NCBI GenBank assembly: GCA_001687465.1
Contig: LVLI01000608.1
Coordinates: 1 to 47,555 of the forward strand
Length of the DNA stretch: 47,555 bases
Origin: Halocafeteria seosinensis
Taxonomy: Eukaryota
Reading direction: 5' to 3'
Shown here: one piece after another, positions 12,107 through 23,023 of the stretch
How the letters are laid out: each line of letters opens with the position of its first letter
How positions within the stretch are numbered: position 1 is the first letter of the stretch
Translations under genes and position numbers: made by a program
The notes under the pieces: generated by a model
Seen by the model: the letters and a program-made list of their open reading frames with translations, nothing else
Databases searched by the model: none
Told to the model about the DNA's origin: nothing

Positions 12107-15100
12107 ACGTCAGTGTCGCGGCTGGACTGCGGATTATGACTTGTTCGAGGCCGCGGCATCACAGCGGCAGTATACTCAGGTTCGACGGCGCTTGTGGAGC
12201 CGTCTATAACATTCCCCTCGTCAATGCAAAGTACTGTGTCACTTTCAGGATATTGAAACGCTTCGTTTTCATGGCCGGTGTCTGCTTCAGCAATCGTGAA
12301 GAGAACTGCTTGATATGGAGAGTCCTCGCCGTTCGCTTGGTTCAATGTTCCACTGTACACGATCTCCTCATTTATAAGGATGTCAAATTCTCGAACACCA
12401 CGTTGCGGTGTCTTGCTGTAATTTTTCAGTTGTACTGCGGACACACATACAGGAAAGTCAAAAAGGAGTTTGAGCTGATTCGTGTCGGTGTCCGATTCAG
12501 CGCTCACTAGAGGTGTTAGCCACGGAGGATGTCCTCTGGCTGATGATGATGCCAGATTTTCGGGAACTCGGGTGTCAAATATCGGTGGTACCTTGTGACT
12601 GCTTTCAATCTGGTGAGATAGTCCGAAGATCTCATTCTGCATCGACGGAGGTATACTGCTTCGTTCGATTATCCGTTTTGTTTCGTTAGGACTCTTGGTT
12701 TGCATTGTTGCTTGGTATTCTTGCAAAAGAAGAGTGTTGACGCTATGGGGATCGGCCTGGATATTATCTGGGTTTAGCTGGAAGTGGTACCCGTTCGGAG
12801 CAATGACCTGGAGGCTGTCAAGACCGACATAATGCGGATCTCCCCAGGTGCTTCGCAGATTCATGGTTAAAGAGTAAGCAAGTGGAAGGGAAGGGGTGTC
12901 TATATGAAAATTGTCCCTCATGGCACCCTCCGTTGGCTCCCACCTGTCTTGATCCAAGGACAACCCTAACGTGCGCCACACACTTAAAGGTAGGGGCTCT
13001 ACGCATCGAGGTGTGCCTTCAATAGAGTGCATGAAGGCTGTGGATTCGCTCTTTATGGTGGGTTGTTCACACCGATGGTTTTCGAGCACGCGCGGCTCCG
13101 GTGTACAGTAAATTTGCTCATCGCCGTCTTTCGATTTCGTGAAATAGATAGCCTGCGGAGTCTGCCAGTTATGTTTGGGTTCTCCACGTCTTATCCAAAC
13201 GGCAGCATCGTTGACAGATGTGCCTCCAAACCACGCAGAGGGCCTTAATATCCCGGGGTGTACAGCGCATCCGTCCAGGCGACATACCAAGCGGCGAACT
13301 GCTGAGGTGGTTCGGTTCCATACTTTGATTCCTGCTATCGGACGCCGTTTTCCCATGTCAAGAACCAATACCGCTGTTCCTTCCGACACATCGGAACCTG
13401 GACGGTACTCTTCTAGTTCTGCCGATAATCCATTGAGTGCGGTTTCGTCAGTAAATCCAATTTTACAAGGGCTGGCAGAACTAAGCGGAATGCTGAATGC
13501 GGAATCGTTTCTTCCGTCTTGTAGCATCGAGGCAGCATCTACCTTTCTGGTCACCGAGTCGTATCTCCACAGGTAGTATGATTCTGTTACTTCGGCGGAG
13601 GCATCGATGTACTCCGTTCTTGCATCCATTGTAAGCGGTTTAATTTGCCGTATGCCAACGGAGACATCCTCTGTATCTGTATCCCATTGGTCGATAAGCC
13701 ACAGCTCGATGAATCTACATAGAGCGTGGCGCGCATCCACTTCTTTTGGCTCGATAAATTTGGGAGGAGACGCAGGCGGGGTCACAGATTGGGCTATTCC
13801 GGTATCAACACTTGCATCTACGTCTGCCGCGGAATCACGAAGTCGGGTATCACTAAGCGACTCTTGGTCATTGGTTTGAATCTCTTCGAAGGGAATTGGA
13901 GGAGGAAGAACTCGTCTCCTGCGAGCGATTCCTTCTTCAGTCTCGTAAAAGGTTTGGAAAATATCTGCGAAGGCATCCGTATCACCACCACCTTCGTTGT
14001 AAATATCTCCGGTTGAAGGTCTGTCAGCCTCACATATCGACCCTGATCGGTCGCTCTTAATATATCCGTTTGTATGGTCGTGTTCACGAATATGTCCAAT
14101 ATGTTCCGGATGCATACTAAAAAGCAAACTTTCGCTGCAAGAGAGCGGTTCTCTAGGAAGTATGCCTGGTGCTTTGCGAACCTCTCCTTCAAAAATTCTG
14201 CGTCCATCCATGAAGACTCCAACGAGTCTTGCACCCCGATAGCTATGTATTCTGTCCTTATTATAGTTCCATATCCTTAGCATTGAAAGTTCAATTTCCG
14301 TAGTCGAGCACATGGTAAGAATGATGGGGGAGCAATAGATACCGAGCCAAGCATGCACATCATCGCAAGTGGCATGAGGCTTCTTAATTATGCGAGACTC
14401 CGAATAACCGGTACATGTCTTGTTCCCATGTAAATGTGTGTCCATGTGTGCTATCCGTATGGCTTGGATAGACGGTTCTGCCCCTGTATCTACTTCTTCA
14501 AGGGTTGGACGCAACAGATCTGCTTCGTGCCGCACGAGCGAGGCGGGATCATCGAACGAGTGCCATCCACCATCAAGAGTATTTGCCACATGCTGCTGAA
14601 TCTCCTGATCAATTCTCCCTTCAACGGTGACACCATTGTTTCCAAAAACCTCCAACCCATTCAGTCCAATGTAATTCGGATCTCCCCAATTGGAGTAAAG
14701 GACCAGATGAATGACATGGCCATGTGGTAACGTCGGCAGGTTTACTATGGACTCTTCTTCCTCTGCTGCCGAGGCCATGAAGGAAACAGAGGCAAAGCTC
14801 TCATCTAATACCTGCTTCTGAAATTCCCTCTCATCCATTTCGCACGAAGATTCCGCTCTCTGAATATACCGGTCTGATTGTTCATTGCAATGCTGAAGCT
14901 GCCCGTAATGGTCTGCGTCAAAGCGAGCTATCTGCTGACGACTCTGCTCCAAGTCTTCATCCCTATCTGCAATATCAAGCTCATTTCTTTCACGATTCAA
15001 AGCCGGTAAGCTGGCCTCATGTGGACGTGAATCCATCAAGCCCTTTGGTAGCCTCGATTGATTCGCTCCAAGAAAACACTCATCTGCCACTGCGGCCGCA

Positions 15101-16350
15101 TGTCCATCTTCTGGATGCCTTTCCTGTGCAGCACCAACTTTACTAAGTCTCTTGCGCATTCTTCTTTTAATCTTTTCCTTCCGTTTAAGCTCGCTGCTAT
15201 CACCTAAATCTGTTTGGAGCCACTTACCCGCACACCCTGGCATGGGGACGGAAATTGACACACATTCATTCAAAGAGGCATTCCCCACTCCTTGGGTGAG
15301 CTTTCCCTCCCAAATTAAGTGCTCATCCAATGTGACAGTGACCTTCTTGATGCCATCTCGCAAAGTGATTCCTGAAGGTACGTCTTCCTCCACCTCGTGG
15401 TAGGCGTTCCAGTTCCAGATGACAATGCGATGCAAGTTGAAGCTTGCAGGAGTAAAAATACTGAATTTGAAAATTGGAGCAAAGCCAACGTCCTCGGTTG
15501 AACGAAGCAACATTGCTCTCCACATATCCCCGCGAGACGCGGTTTTGAAATGCCCATTGCATAGCCTTTCCAGTGAATCCATCTTCGCTACATCGCACCC
15601 GCTATTGATAGAGTGAACCTTCAGCATCTCTTCGCTTAGTGGGAATAGTTTCGAAGCACCATATCCCTCGGTATCGTCGCTTCCGTATAGTTGTATTTCG
15701 GTCAGCCCCACCATCAGCACATCCCCTGGAGTAAGATTCGTAAGGGCTCCGTCCTCGCGAAAGGTGTTCCAGACGTTAATTACAACTTCACGGAAACCAG
15801 TTTCGTTCGTAGCACTCACGTGTCCGCCCGTAGGAGCTTTTGCATCCTTCGTCAAGTCGGTAGTTCCAAAACGGCTTTCCAAATCCACGAAGGACACATT
15901 TTGTTGCAATAGCCTCCGTAGCGCTTCGCGCTCCTCGTACGGTAGTTGTCGCAGCTGGCGTTTGAGACTCGGTCTATCGCGGCTGTCCATCCATGTCGCC
16001 TGTGCACCGGACGGCCGCCGGTCCCGACACGGCGTAGTACTAGTACTCCCTACGGAAATCGGCTGATCCCATCCTCTTCCTGTACCGTTGGTGTCTGCAT
16101 GCGCATCATCAGCATGAGGACGACGACGACGTCGATTTGAATCACGGGGAGGTGTCATTGCCGCCCCTGTCGTTGTTGCTGTGTTGACTCTGTCATCCTC
16201 CCGGGATACATGGCGAAGATGACCACGGTGGTTGTGGTCGTCGAAGTCACCCTGCGGGGTGTATGGAGCATGAGCGAACAAGTCCCAGGACCCTCGAGCT
16301 CGCCTGGACGGAGACAGGGAGTGGTCCTTTTGGCTTCCCTTGTCCACCAT
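12070..16350 (-). CDS. KATNIP: Katanin-interacting protein KATNIP/KIAA0556-like (repeated DUF4457 domains), intronless
   Basis: ORF of more than 1400 aa with recurrent DUF4457 signatures: SNWGDPNYIGLNGLEVF, LSMLRIWNYNKDRIHSYRGAR..FEGEVRKAPG, STWGDPHYVGLDSL, KNYSKTPQRGVREFDIL. The start is taken at MVDKG (16350). Confidence 0.88.
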   Translation of the reverse strand: MVDKGSQKDHSLSPSRRARGSWDLFAHAPYTPQGDFDDHNHRGHLRHVSREDDRVNTATTTGAAMTPPRDSNRRRRRPHADDAHADTNGTGRGWDQPISVGSTSTTPCRDRRPSGAQATWMDSRDRPSLKRQLRQLPYEEREALRRLLQQNVSFVDLESRFGTTDLTKDAKAPTGGHVSATNETGFREVVINVWNTFREDGALTNLTPGDVLMVGLTEIQLYGSDDTEGYGASKLFPLSEEMLKVHSINSGCDVAKMDSLERLCNGHFKTASRGDMWRAMLLRSTEDVGFAPIFKFSIFTPASFNLHRIVIWNWNAYHEVEEDVPSGITLRDGIKKVTVTLDEHLIWEGKLTQGVGNASLNECVSISVPMPGCAGKWLQTDLGDSSELKRKEKIKRRMRKRLSKVGAAQERHPEDGHAAAVADECFLGANQSRLPKGLMDSRPHEASLPALNRERNELDIADRDEDLEQSRQQIARFDADHYGQLQHCNEQSDRYIQRAESSCEMDEREFQKQVLDESFASVSFMASAAEEEESIVNLPTLPHGHVIHLVLYSNWGDPNYIGLNGLEVFGNNGVTVEGRIDQEIQQHVANTLDGGWHSFDDPASLVRHEADLLRPTLEEVDTGAEPSIQAIRIAHMDTHLHGNKTCTGYSESRIIKKPHATCDDVHAWLGIYCSPIILTMCSTTEIELSMLRIWNYNKDRIHSYRGARLVGVFMDGRRIFEGEVRKAPGILPREPLSCSESLLFSMHPEHIGHIREHDHTNGYIKSDRSGSICEADRPSTGDIYNEGGGDTDAFADIFQTFYETEEGIARRRRVLPPPIPFEEIQTNDQESLSDTRLRDSAADVDASVDTGIAQSVTPPASPPKFIEPKEVDARHALCRFIELWLIDQWDTDTEDVSVGIRQIKPLTMDARTEYIDASAEVTESYYLWRYDSVTRKVDAASMLQDGRNDSAFSIPLSSASPCKIGFTDETALNGLSAELEEYRPGSDVSEGTAVLVLDMGKRRPIAGIKVWNRTTSAVRRLVCRLDGCAVHPGILRPSAWFGGTSVNDAAVWIRRGEPKHNWQTPQAIYFTKSKDGDEQIYCTPEPRVLENHRCEQPTIKSESTAFMHSIEGTPRCVEPLPLSVWRTLGLSLDQDRWEPTEGAMRDNFHIDTPSLPLAYSLTMNLRSTWGDPHYVGLDSLQVIAPNGYHFQLNPDNIQADPHSVNTLLLQEYQATMQTKSPNETKRIIERSSIPPSMQNEIFGLSHQIESSHKVPPIFDTRVPENLASSSARGHPPWLTPLVSAESDTDTNQLKLLFDFPVCVSAVQLKNYSKTPQRGVREFDILINEEIVYSGTLNQANGEDSPYQAVLFTIAEADTGHENEAFQYPESDTVLCIDEGNVIDGSTSAVEPEYTAAVMPRPRTSHNPQSSRDTDVHSSTSTGASFS

Positions 16351-16705
16351 CGCTTTCCCACGTCGATGGAATGGAAGCATAAAAGAACAAACACAACGCA
16401 ACACACCTTTACAATGATGCAGGACTGCCACAGCTTGGGGCTTGGAAGGAAGGCGATACTGGTATATGCCTAACTTCACAAGCAACAATTGCAAGTTGCA
16501 CCTCGTGCTTCACGCATTCAGCCAGGCGAGCAGCATGGGGTCCATGACATAGGAGGTATGAAGAGATAATTTCAGATCTATCGGTGAATGGATGGAAGAA
16601 TTGGGCACAACCTAACATGGTAACGACGAAGTGACTTTTTACCCACGGGTTGTAGTCCTATTTCACTTAGAACATTATATAGCTATAGTTTAGGTTGCTA
16701 GGGAT

Positions 16706-18530
16706 TCACACATGTTCTTCTTTTTCAGTGTTGACAACGAGGGGAGAACGTTCCTGATCGCCAGTGGAGTTGTATAGCTCTTTCTTCAGTGTCTCTTCCG
16801 CAACGCGGTTTATCTTTCTGTTGTTTTCAGCGTACACGCAAAAGTGTTGAGACATTAATATAACATCAAAAATCATTGAAGCCGTTCCTAATCCAAACTG
16901 CAACAGACGTTAGCCATACAGCTTTTATATAAGCCGACGGGGAATCTAAGGAGGCGACATACCTTAACAGGGTCACCAGCTATTGCGCTCCAGTCATTTT
17001 TTATACCCGAATCCATTAGCTGTTGCAGCACAGAGAGGGAACCTCCAGTGATGTCCAGCAGGACATTCCAGATGTTAAAACCAACGGTGCTCTTTCGTTG
17101 CCTGCAGTACCAGCGGTTGAAGTGCTTCATCTATAGCTACATAAAAATCCACAAAAGAGAAGTCTTGTACGTACCAATTCAATTTCACTTGGGCAAGATA
17201 TTTTACCAATGTGACCAGCAGTTTGATATACGAAATGACTAGTAACCAGTTCAGCCAGGTTAATGAGCTACCTTTAGCATTAGCAAGTATCAGTATAGCA
17301 TAGATGCCGGCGAGGGTCACAGATATAGCCGTGATCACCCAGCCCAGACGGGAAACCTGCAGCAGTGCAAGTACACTACATTAGAACACTTCCTTTAGTA
17401 TTTCGCTTTTCATCGCACGCACCTTTTGAGTGCCTGACTGGTAGTAAATTGACTGGCAAATTGTCAAGATTGTAAAGAATAGAGCATGTAGCGCAAAGAA
17501 AACGTCATTAGCCTGCACAGAGCTAGTATGCCCGTTATTTTGCTCTCGGTATTGCTTCTGGATTGTTGAGTCCCAAAAATAGGCGCAGTTATACACGGAG
17601 TATGCCGTGAAGCCAATGACATTCATCAGTTGATAGTCAAAACTGTATCCCACTACCGACTTTCTCACCCAGTTCAGATACACCTGAGGATAAAATGAGA
17701 TCGACCATGCGGCAAAATATGTCCATCCGATGACCCCAGAGATATAGTTCCAAGGAGATCGGATATTTTTGCTCGGTATAGTGAGTCCAACGATGAAACC
17801 GAAAGCGAGAATTCCTAGAATTCCGGCCGTGACTACTTGGGCTGTAGTGAAATGGTATTTGCCACAGACGATACCCGGGGGAGCGGCATGCTCTCCCGCT
17901 TTCTGCAACAACTGTTGTTTGAGTACAGGATCATCCTCATCCTCGGGGTTGACATTGAATTGTTCCTCTGCAAAGTGTAATCCATCCGTCCATACATACA
18001 CAGTGAACACAAGTGCATGAACAGAAGATAGAGTCTACAAAATAATACTTAAACGAACGAGGTCTGAAACAGCCCTTATATCTTGAGGACAATAGAGTGC
18101 ACGCGTGCCTGCATCTCCACCCCAGTGCTCGCTGGGATGCTGTGTTCCCCAGGACTCCAGCACGCGTTACGACAAGTGGGCATTCACAAACAAACAATCA
18201 AACCCACAAACACTCACACGCGGTATCTAACATACTTAGCTGAGCTTCCCTGTCGGAGTTCGTGGACAGGGATCGTGCTCCACCAATGAATACGGCGTCT
18301 CCTCCTCGTGTGTTGGAGTAGGAGCTCTGCTCGACGTCAGGGTTCGTAGCAGGTTCAGCGGCAGGTGTTTCGTTTCCATTCTCTGCAATAGTAGTTTTCC
18401 ATCCCTCTGCGTTTGTGTGTATCGTTGATTCGCGATTTGACGCTTCTGTGTGGGCGAAGGAGGAAGTTGGGGGAGGCCCATCCTCCTCTGGCTCGTCCGG
18501 CTTCCTGCCCTTTTTCGACTTCCGCGGCAT
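16706..18530 (-). CDS. CTNS: Cystinosin-like PQ-loop lysosomal cystine transporter; multi-exon
   Basis: GWTYFAAWSISFYPQVYLNWVRKSVVGYSFDY, VQANDVFFALHA, SYIKLLVTLVKY.AQ..LN, RKSTVGFNIWNVLLDITGGSLSVLQ and GDPVKFGLG match cystinosin. First intron 18235-17968. Confidence 0.93.
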
Positions 18531-18969
18531 AAGTGCGCACCGCCAGCAGACGATCCTGGCAGAAGTTACTATTAGGTAAAGCTTGTACCTTCCGCTCCTC
18601 TTCTGTAGGCATTCCAATCCACAATGCCATTGAGAAGGTCTGCTGTGATAGTGTGGTCCAGCTTGTGGAGTCGGAAACGACCTTGCCGAAAGGGTGACCG
18701 CTACAGTACAGCATGTAAAGGAAAACGCGTTGGTTTGTGTGTATTGCATCCACTATCTACACTATGCGGGATGTTTAAGGATTAAGGCGCGAGAACGCGG
18801 TTCTCGTTGACCGGATGGGCTGTTAGTTTGGTTTCATCAAGTGTTTTGCGAGATAGGAGGGTTGCAGTGGGTTCGTGATTCGCGCTGAGGCCTGCGGGAA
18901 AGGCATAGAGAATTGATTTCGCGTGTTGGTTGTTTGTGCAGTTACGCATGTGGATCAACTGAGGACGGT

Positions 18970-19415
18970 AGACGCTGTGTTTCAGTGTAGCTCTTACGGG
19001 AAGAAGTTTAGTCTTGGTAGCGTTATAGAGTAAAGCAATGGTGGATGGTAAGAAAGACGCTGTTTGGTTGATTGAGTTGGTCGCGTAACTGAGCCCAGCA
19101 GACACCATGTTTCAGTGTTGCTCTGTACGGGAAGAAGTCTAGTCTTGGAGCGTACATGCTACGCTGAACTTTGAAGAGTGAATTTTTTGCCCGATCACGT
19201 TGCCATTGGCTATTGCGCGTTTCGGCAGCCTTGGTAGCGTTATAGACAAAAGCAATGGTTGATGCCATCTTGATGGTAAGAAAGACGCTGTTTGGTTGAT
19301 TGAATTGGTTGCGCAACGGAGCCCAGCAGACGCTGTATTTCACTGTTGCTCTTACGGAAAAAGCAACGCTGAACTTGAAGAGTGAATGTTTTGCCAGAAC
19401 ACGTTGCCATGGCTA
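18970..19415. repeat. Imperfect mosaic tandem repeat (two copies of about 200-220 bp plus a partial third)
   Basis: Block B (cttggtagcgttatag...gagcccagcagac) at about 19013-19103 and 19230-19331. Block A (tttca.tgt.gctct.tacgg) at about 18970, 19100 and 19328. Block C (acgctgaactt.gaagagtgaat...cacgttgccat) at about 19161 and 19366. Confidence 0.9.
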
Positions 19416-19679
19416 CTGTTGACGTTGACTCTGTTGGAGACCCCTTCTTCGGCCATTAGCACCCCTACTTTGTTCCGACGCTTCTCCCGTAGATGTTCTC
19501 CGGCCTTTACTGTGGACCTTGTCTTTTTCCCTTTTTCCCTTTGTCGCTTTTGTCCAGTTCTGTCCCGCCGCGAACTTCCAAGTCCTGCCAAACACCTCCT
19601 ACTGCTTTGCTACATGGTCCTCATTCATGCGTCACAGAGGATGTCTTGCCGTGTAAGTGCAACTACGGCGCAAGCGTGC

Positions 19680-22541
19680 TCACAGTAGGGCTGAGGCAAT
19701 GATGCATGGCAATCGAGTAATGATGCGCTGCAAACGGAACGTTTGGTAGGAATTCGAATCTCTGGGAGGGTAACAGCCAACTGAGTAGAGCTTCGCTGAT
19801 ATATAGATGTGCGTTTCATGCTGGTTTGGAACGATATGATCATAAACGAGCTCTGCTTGCTGCGAGTTATCGTCGCTGTCATCCAACACAATTACGTCTG
19901 CCTCATTTTCACGCTGAGTCGTTGAGACGCCACTGCTCGGCTCCAGCTCAACAGAGCGGCCAGCGCAACCTGCTGAATTTAGCAATGTTGCGACGCCTTC
20001 GTGCCTGTGGAGATCCCCTGGTGAAATCGGGTGATCACCATATGATATTACCGTATTACCACTGGCATCCAACTGTGCTGGTGTAGCCTCCTCGGCGGAG
20101 TAGGTACTCAACCCAATCTCCTGGGAATAGCAGGAAATTGCTTCTTCATAGTCTTGAATCTCGCGCACGAGTGTGTCTTTGATCTTCTTAAGTTCATCTG
20201 ACTGAGGAAATAACGCAATTGCCTTGTTCAGAAATACCAGAGCCTCCTCCCGGCGATTAAACCTGGATAAACTTGCGGATTTTAACATGTAAGCGTTCCA
20301 ATAATGCGGATCGCATGATATAGCTTCATCAAAACACATTATAGCCTCTTCGCAGCAGCCCCACTTTGCAAGCACTATTCCTTTGTCCACATATGCGTCT
20401 TTATCGGTAGCGTCCAAAGCTATTATCTTTTTGCAACACGCCAAAATATCTTCAAAGCTTCTGAGCTCCTTCAAAGATGCGAGTTTGTTGACGTAGGCCT
20501 GTTTATAACAAGGATCCAAGCGAATAACGTGGTTGAAACAGGCAACTGCTTCCTTACTACGGCCTAATGCTTGTAGAGCTTTACCCTGCCATTCGTAAGC
20601 ACTTTTGTCTTGGGGATCCAACTCTATAACTTTGTTAAACCGCAAAATAGCTTCAGCATACCGACCCAGCTCATTCAGCATATGACCTTGCGTTTTGTAA
20701 CTTTCTTTATCCTGCTGATCCAAAGCGATCACCCTACCGAATGACGCAACAGCTTCCTCCAACCGGCGTAATTTCCGTAATGCAACACCTTCATTTTTGT
20801 GTGAGATCTGGTCATCGGCATCTAATTTAATAGCACGGTTAAAGAAAGAGATGGCTGCTTTATTGTAGCCTAGCTGTGCGAGTGTTAAGCCCTTTGTCTG
20901 GTGCAGCATTTGCGAATCGGAAGGAGCCAAGCCAACATCTTTGGGAAGCCAAGAAAGTGCTTCTTTGTAACGACCGAGCCCATATAAGGTCTTACCTTTA
21001 GCGAGATACAGTTGAATGCAACTAGGAATGACTGAAAGGGCTTTATTCAGCAACAATAAGGCTTCCTCGTGACGTCCCGTGTTGAGAAGGAGTGGGTACT
21101 TGTGTAGGTACGCGCTGCGATAGCCTGGATCGCATGCAAGTGCCCGGTCAAAGCATCCTATAGCTTCCTCATCAAGCCCAAGTTTGCTTAATTGTTTTGC
21201 CTTTTCCGTATGCACCTGTGCATCAGACGAATCCAATGCGAGTATTCGATTGCAACACTCTATTGTCTCTCGATGACGGTCTAGTCTCATGAGCGATCTA
21301 AGCTTATGTTCGTGCATCACCTTCTTGCTACCATCCAACCGTATTAGTTCATTGAAGCAAACGACAGCTTCTGTATGTCTGTTTAGCCTCTGTAGTGTTA
21401 TTCCCTTGCTTTCGTATCCCCGAGCATCGTTTGCGTCCACAGCTAAGACTTGATCAAAGCATACAATAGCTTCACTCTCTCGACGCAATTCTATAAGCAG
21501 CTCCCCTTTTAGCAAATAAGTCTCCTTGTCCCTTTTATCCATACCGATGAGTTTATCGTAGCAAGATACAGCTTCTTTGTAGTGCTTGATTTTCTGTAGG
21601 GACACTGCTTTCGCCATGAGGGCATGTTTGTCAGCCGCATCCAGTGCAATGACTTTATCAAAATATGATATGGCTTCTTCATGCCACCATAGTTTCGAGA
21701 ACAATATTCCAGTATTTCGCAGAGCAACCTTGCAGCGAGGATCTATTGCTAGCAGTCGACCATAGCAATATAAAGCGTCGGTATATCGACCCTGTCTCCC
21801 CAATATCGCAGCTTTCTCCAGAAACGCAGTCTTGCCCGTAGGTTCCAAAGCAATGGCGTGATCAAAACACACTTGGGCCTCATCATAACGCTCTAAGTTC
21901 CGTAGCGAAAATCCTTGCTCCAAATAGGCAGCGCAACACTTTGGGTCCATGGCAATCACCTGTTCAAGGCATGCGATAGCTGCTGTATCAGATCCTTGTG
22001 TACGCAGCACGACCGCCTTTGCACCGAGCGCCTCTTTACAATGGGGCCTCAGTAAGAGGACTCGGTTGAAACATTCCAAAGCTTCCTGGTATCGACGTTG
22101 GCGTCCCAAAACAATTCCCATTTCCTGGAGTGCTGGCGCAAATTCAGCGTCCAGTTGTAATATCTGCTGATAATCCTCCAACGCTTTCTGAAGATGGCCT
22201 GCGTTTTTTAACATCACCGCCCGCGTGAAATAAGCGCTCTTGCATTGGGGGTCCAGTGCAATGATTCGACTGTAGCAGTGGATAGCTTCCTCCATTCGAC
22301 CCAGCTTCCTCAGGGAGCTAGCTTTCCGATGATAGCTCTCAGTATCTTTATCATCCAATCGAATGGCATGATCGAAGCACTCAATGGCCTCGACATGGCG
22401 GTCTGAATCGCTCAACGAAATCCCCTTGCTTCGATACGCGCTCTTATCGTGCGCATTCAGTCCAATTCCAGGGTCCACACAGGATATTTCATCATTCCAT
22501 GATGACCGCGCTCGTTTCCCCAAGACTCCGTTCACAGCCAT
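19680..22541 (-). CDS. Long intronless tetratricopeptide-repeat protein (about 22 TPRs)
   Basis: 953-aa ORF with continuous 34-aa TPR consensus (AY..KG..L..L.R..EAI.CFD..I.LDP). N-terminal LGKRAR, C-terminal DVIVLDDSDD. Confidence 0.92.
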   Translation of the reverse strand: MAVNGVLGKRARSSWNDEISCVDPGIGLNAHDKSAYRSKGISLSDSDRHVEAIECFDHAIRLDDKDTESYHRKASSLRKLGRMEEAIHCYSRIIALDPQCKSAYFTRAVMLKNAGHLQKALEDYQQILQLDAEFAPALQEMGIVLGRQRRYQEALECFNRVLLLRPHCKEALGAKAVVLRTQGSDTAAIACLEQVIAMDPKCCAAYLEQGFSLRNLERYDEAQVCFDHAIALEPTGKTAFLEKAAILGRQGRYTDALYCYGRLLAIDPRCKVALRNTGILFSKLWWHEEAISYFDKVIALDAADKHALMAKAVSLQKIKHYKEAVSCYDKLIGMDKRDKETYLLKGELLIELRRESEAIVCFDQVLAVDANDARGYESKGITLQRLNRHTEAVVCFNELIRLDGSKKVMHEHKLRSLMRLDRHRETIECCNRILALDSSDAQVHTEKAKQLSKLGLDEEAIGCFDRALACDPGYRSAYLHKYPLLLNTGRHEEALLLLNKALSVIPSCIQLYLAKGKTLYGLGRYKEALSWLPKDVGLAPSDSQMLHQTKGLTLAQLGYNKAAISFFNRAIKLDADDQISHKNEGVALRKLRRLEEAVASFGRVIALDQQDKESYKTQGHMLNELGRYAEAILRFNKVIELDPQDKSAYEWQGKALQALGRSKEAVACFNHVIRLDPCYKQAYVNKLASLKELRSFEDILACCKKIIALDATDKDAYVDKGIVLAKWGCCEEAIMCFDEAISCDPHYWNAYMLKSASLSRFNRREEALVFLNKAIALFPQSDELKKIKDTLVREIQDYEEAISCYSQEIGLSTYSAEEATPAQLDASGNTVISYGDHPISPGDLHRHEGVATLLNSAGCAGRSVELEPSSGVSTTQRENEADVIVLDDSDDNSQQAELVYDHIVPNQHETHIYISAKLYSVGCYPPRDSNSYQTFRLQRIITRLPCIIASALL

Positions 22542-23023
22542 GGCTGGACCTGATACAAATACACGGGGCAGTCAAAAAACAAATCGAAAAAATTTCAGAT
22601 GGCATGTCCATCATCAAACCCTTCAGGGAAATCTGCACTACGTAGGTACACTTACGCCGAAGTTGCACTACTAAAAGTTCCGGCTGGAATTGAAACTTGA
22701 CCATGGTATGGTATGGTTGAATCAAGTCTGCCTTAGAGAACCCAGATGAATGAAAACAATCGTTAATTCGAGGGTAACCCAAGGTTTTTCGAGTCATGCT
22801 GTCTCCAGGCTGAACGTTATGCATCTCACTGAGTTCCAGCGTGAAGTCTTACCGCTGTAAGTTACCGGAGCTCAGCGACTCCGACCGTTTGGCCGATACA
22901 TCCTACTGTAGAGTTGGCGGCTGTTGTTGTTAGCAAAATTACTGACGTTTCATGTTGCATCGTCAGTACCTATGCATTCTTCATCCATGCGTCCTCTGTG
23001 TGGTCCGAGGCAAACGTGCAAAT

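Noticed and set aside
18979..19362. GTTTCAG-starting repeats resembling a CRISPR array
   Set aside because: The intervening sequences are themselves duplicated and of unequal length, the copies are degenerate, no cas genes are present and the context is eukaryotic.
18751..22912. CACTA motifs at 18751 and 18760 and a weak inverted match (tctaca.ta..ggatgt) near 22900 as termini of a TPR-carrying transposon
   Set aside because: The match is short and gapped, with no terminal TAGTG and no target-site duplication.
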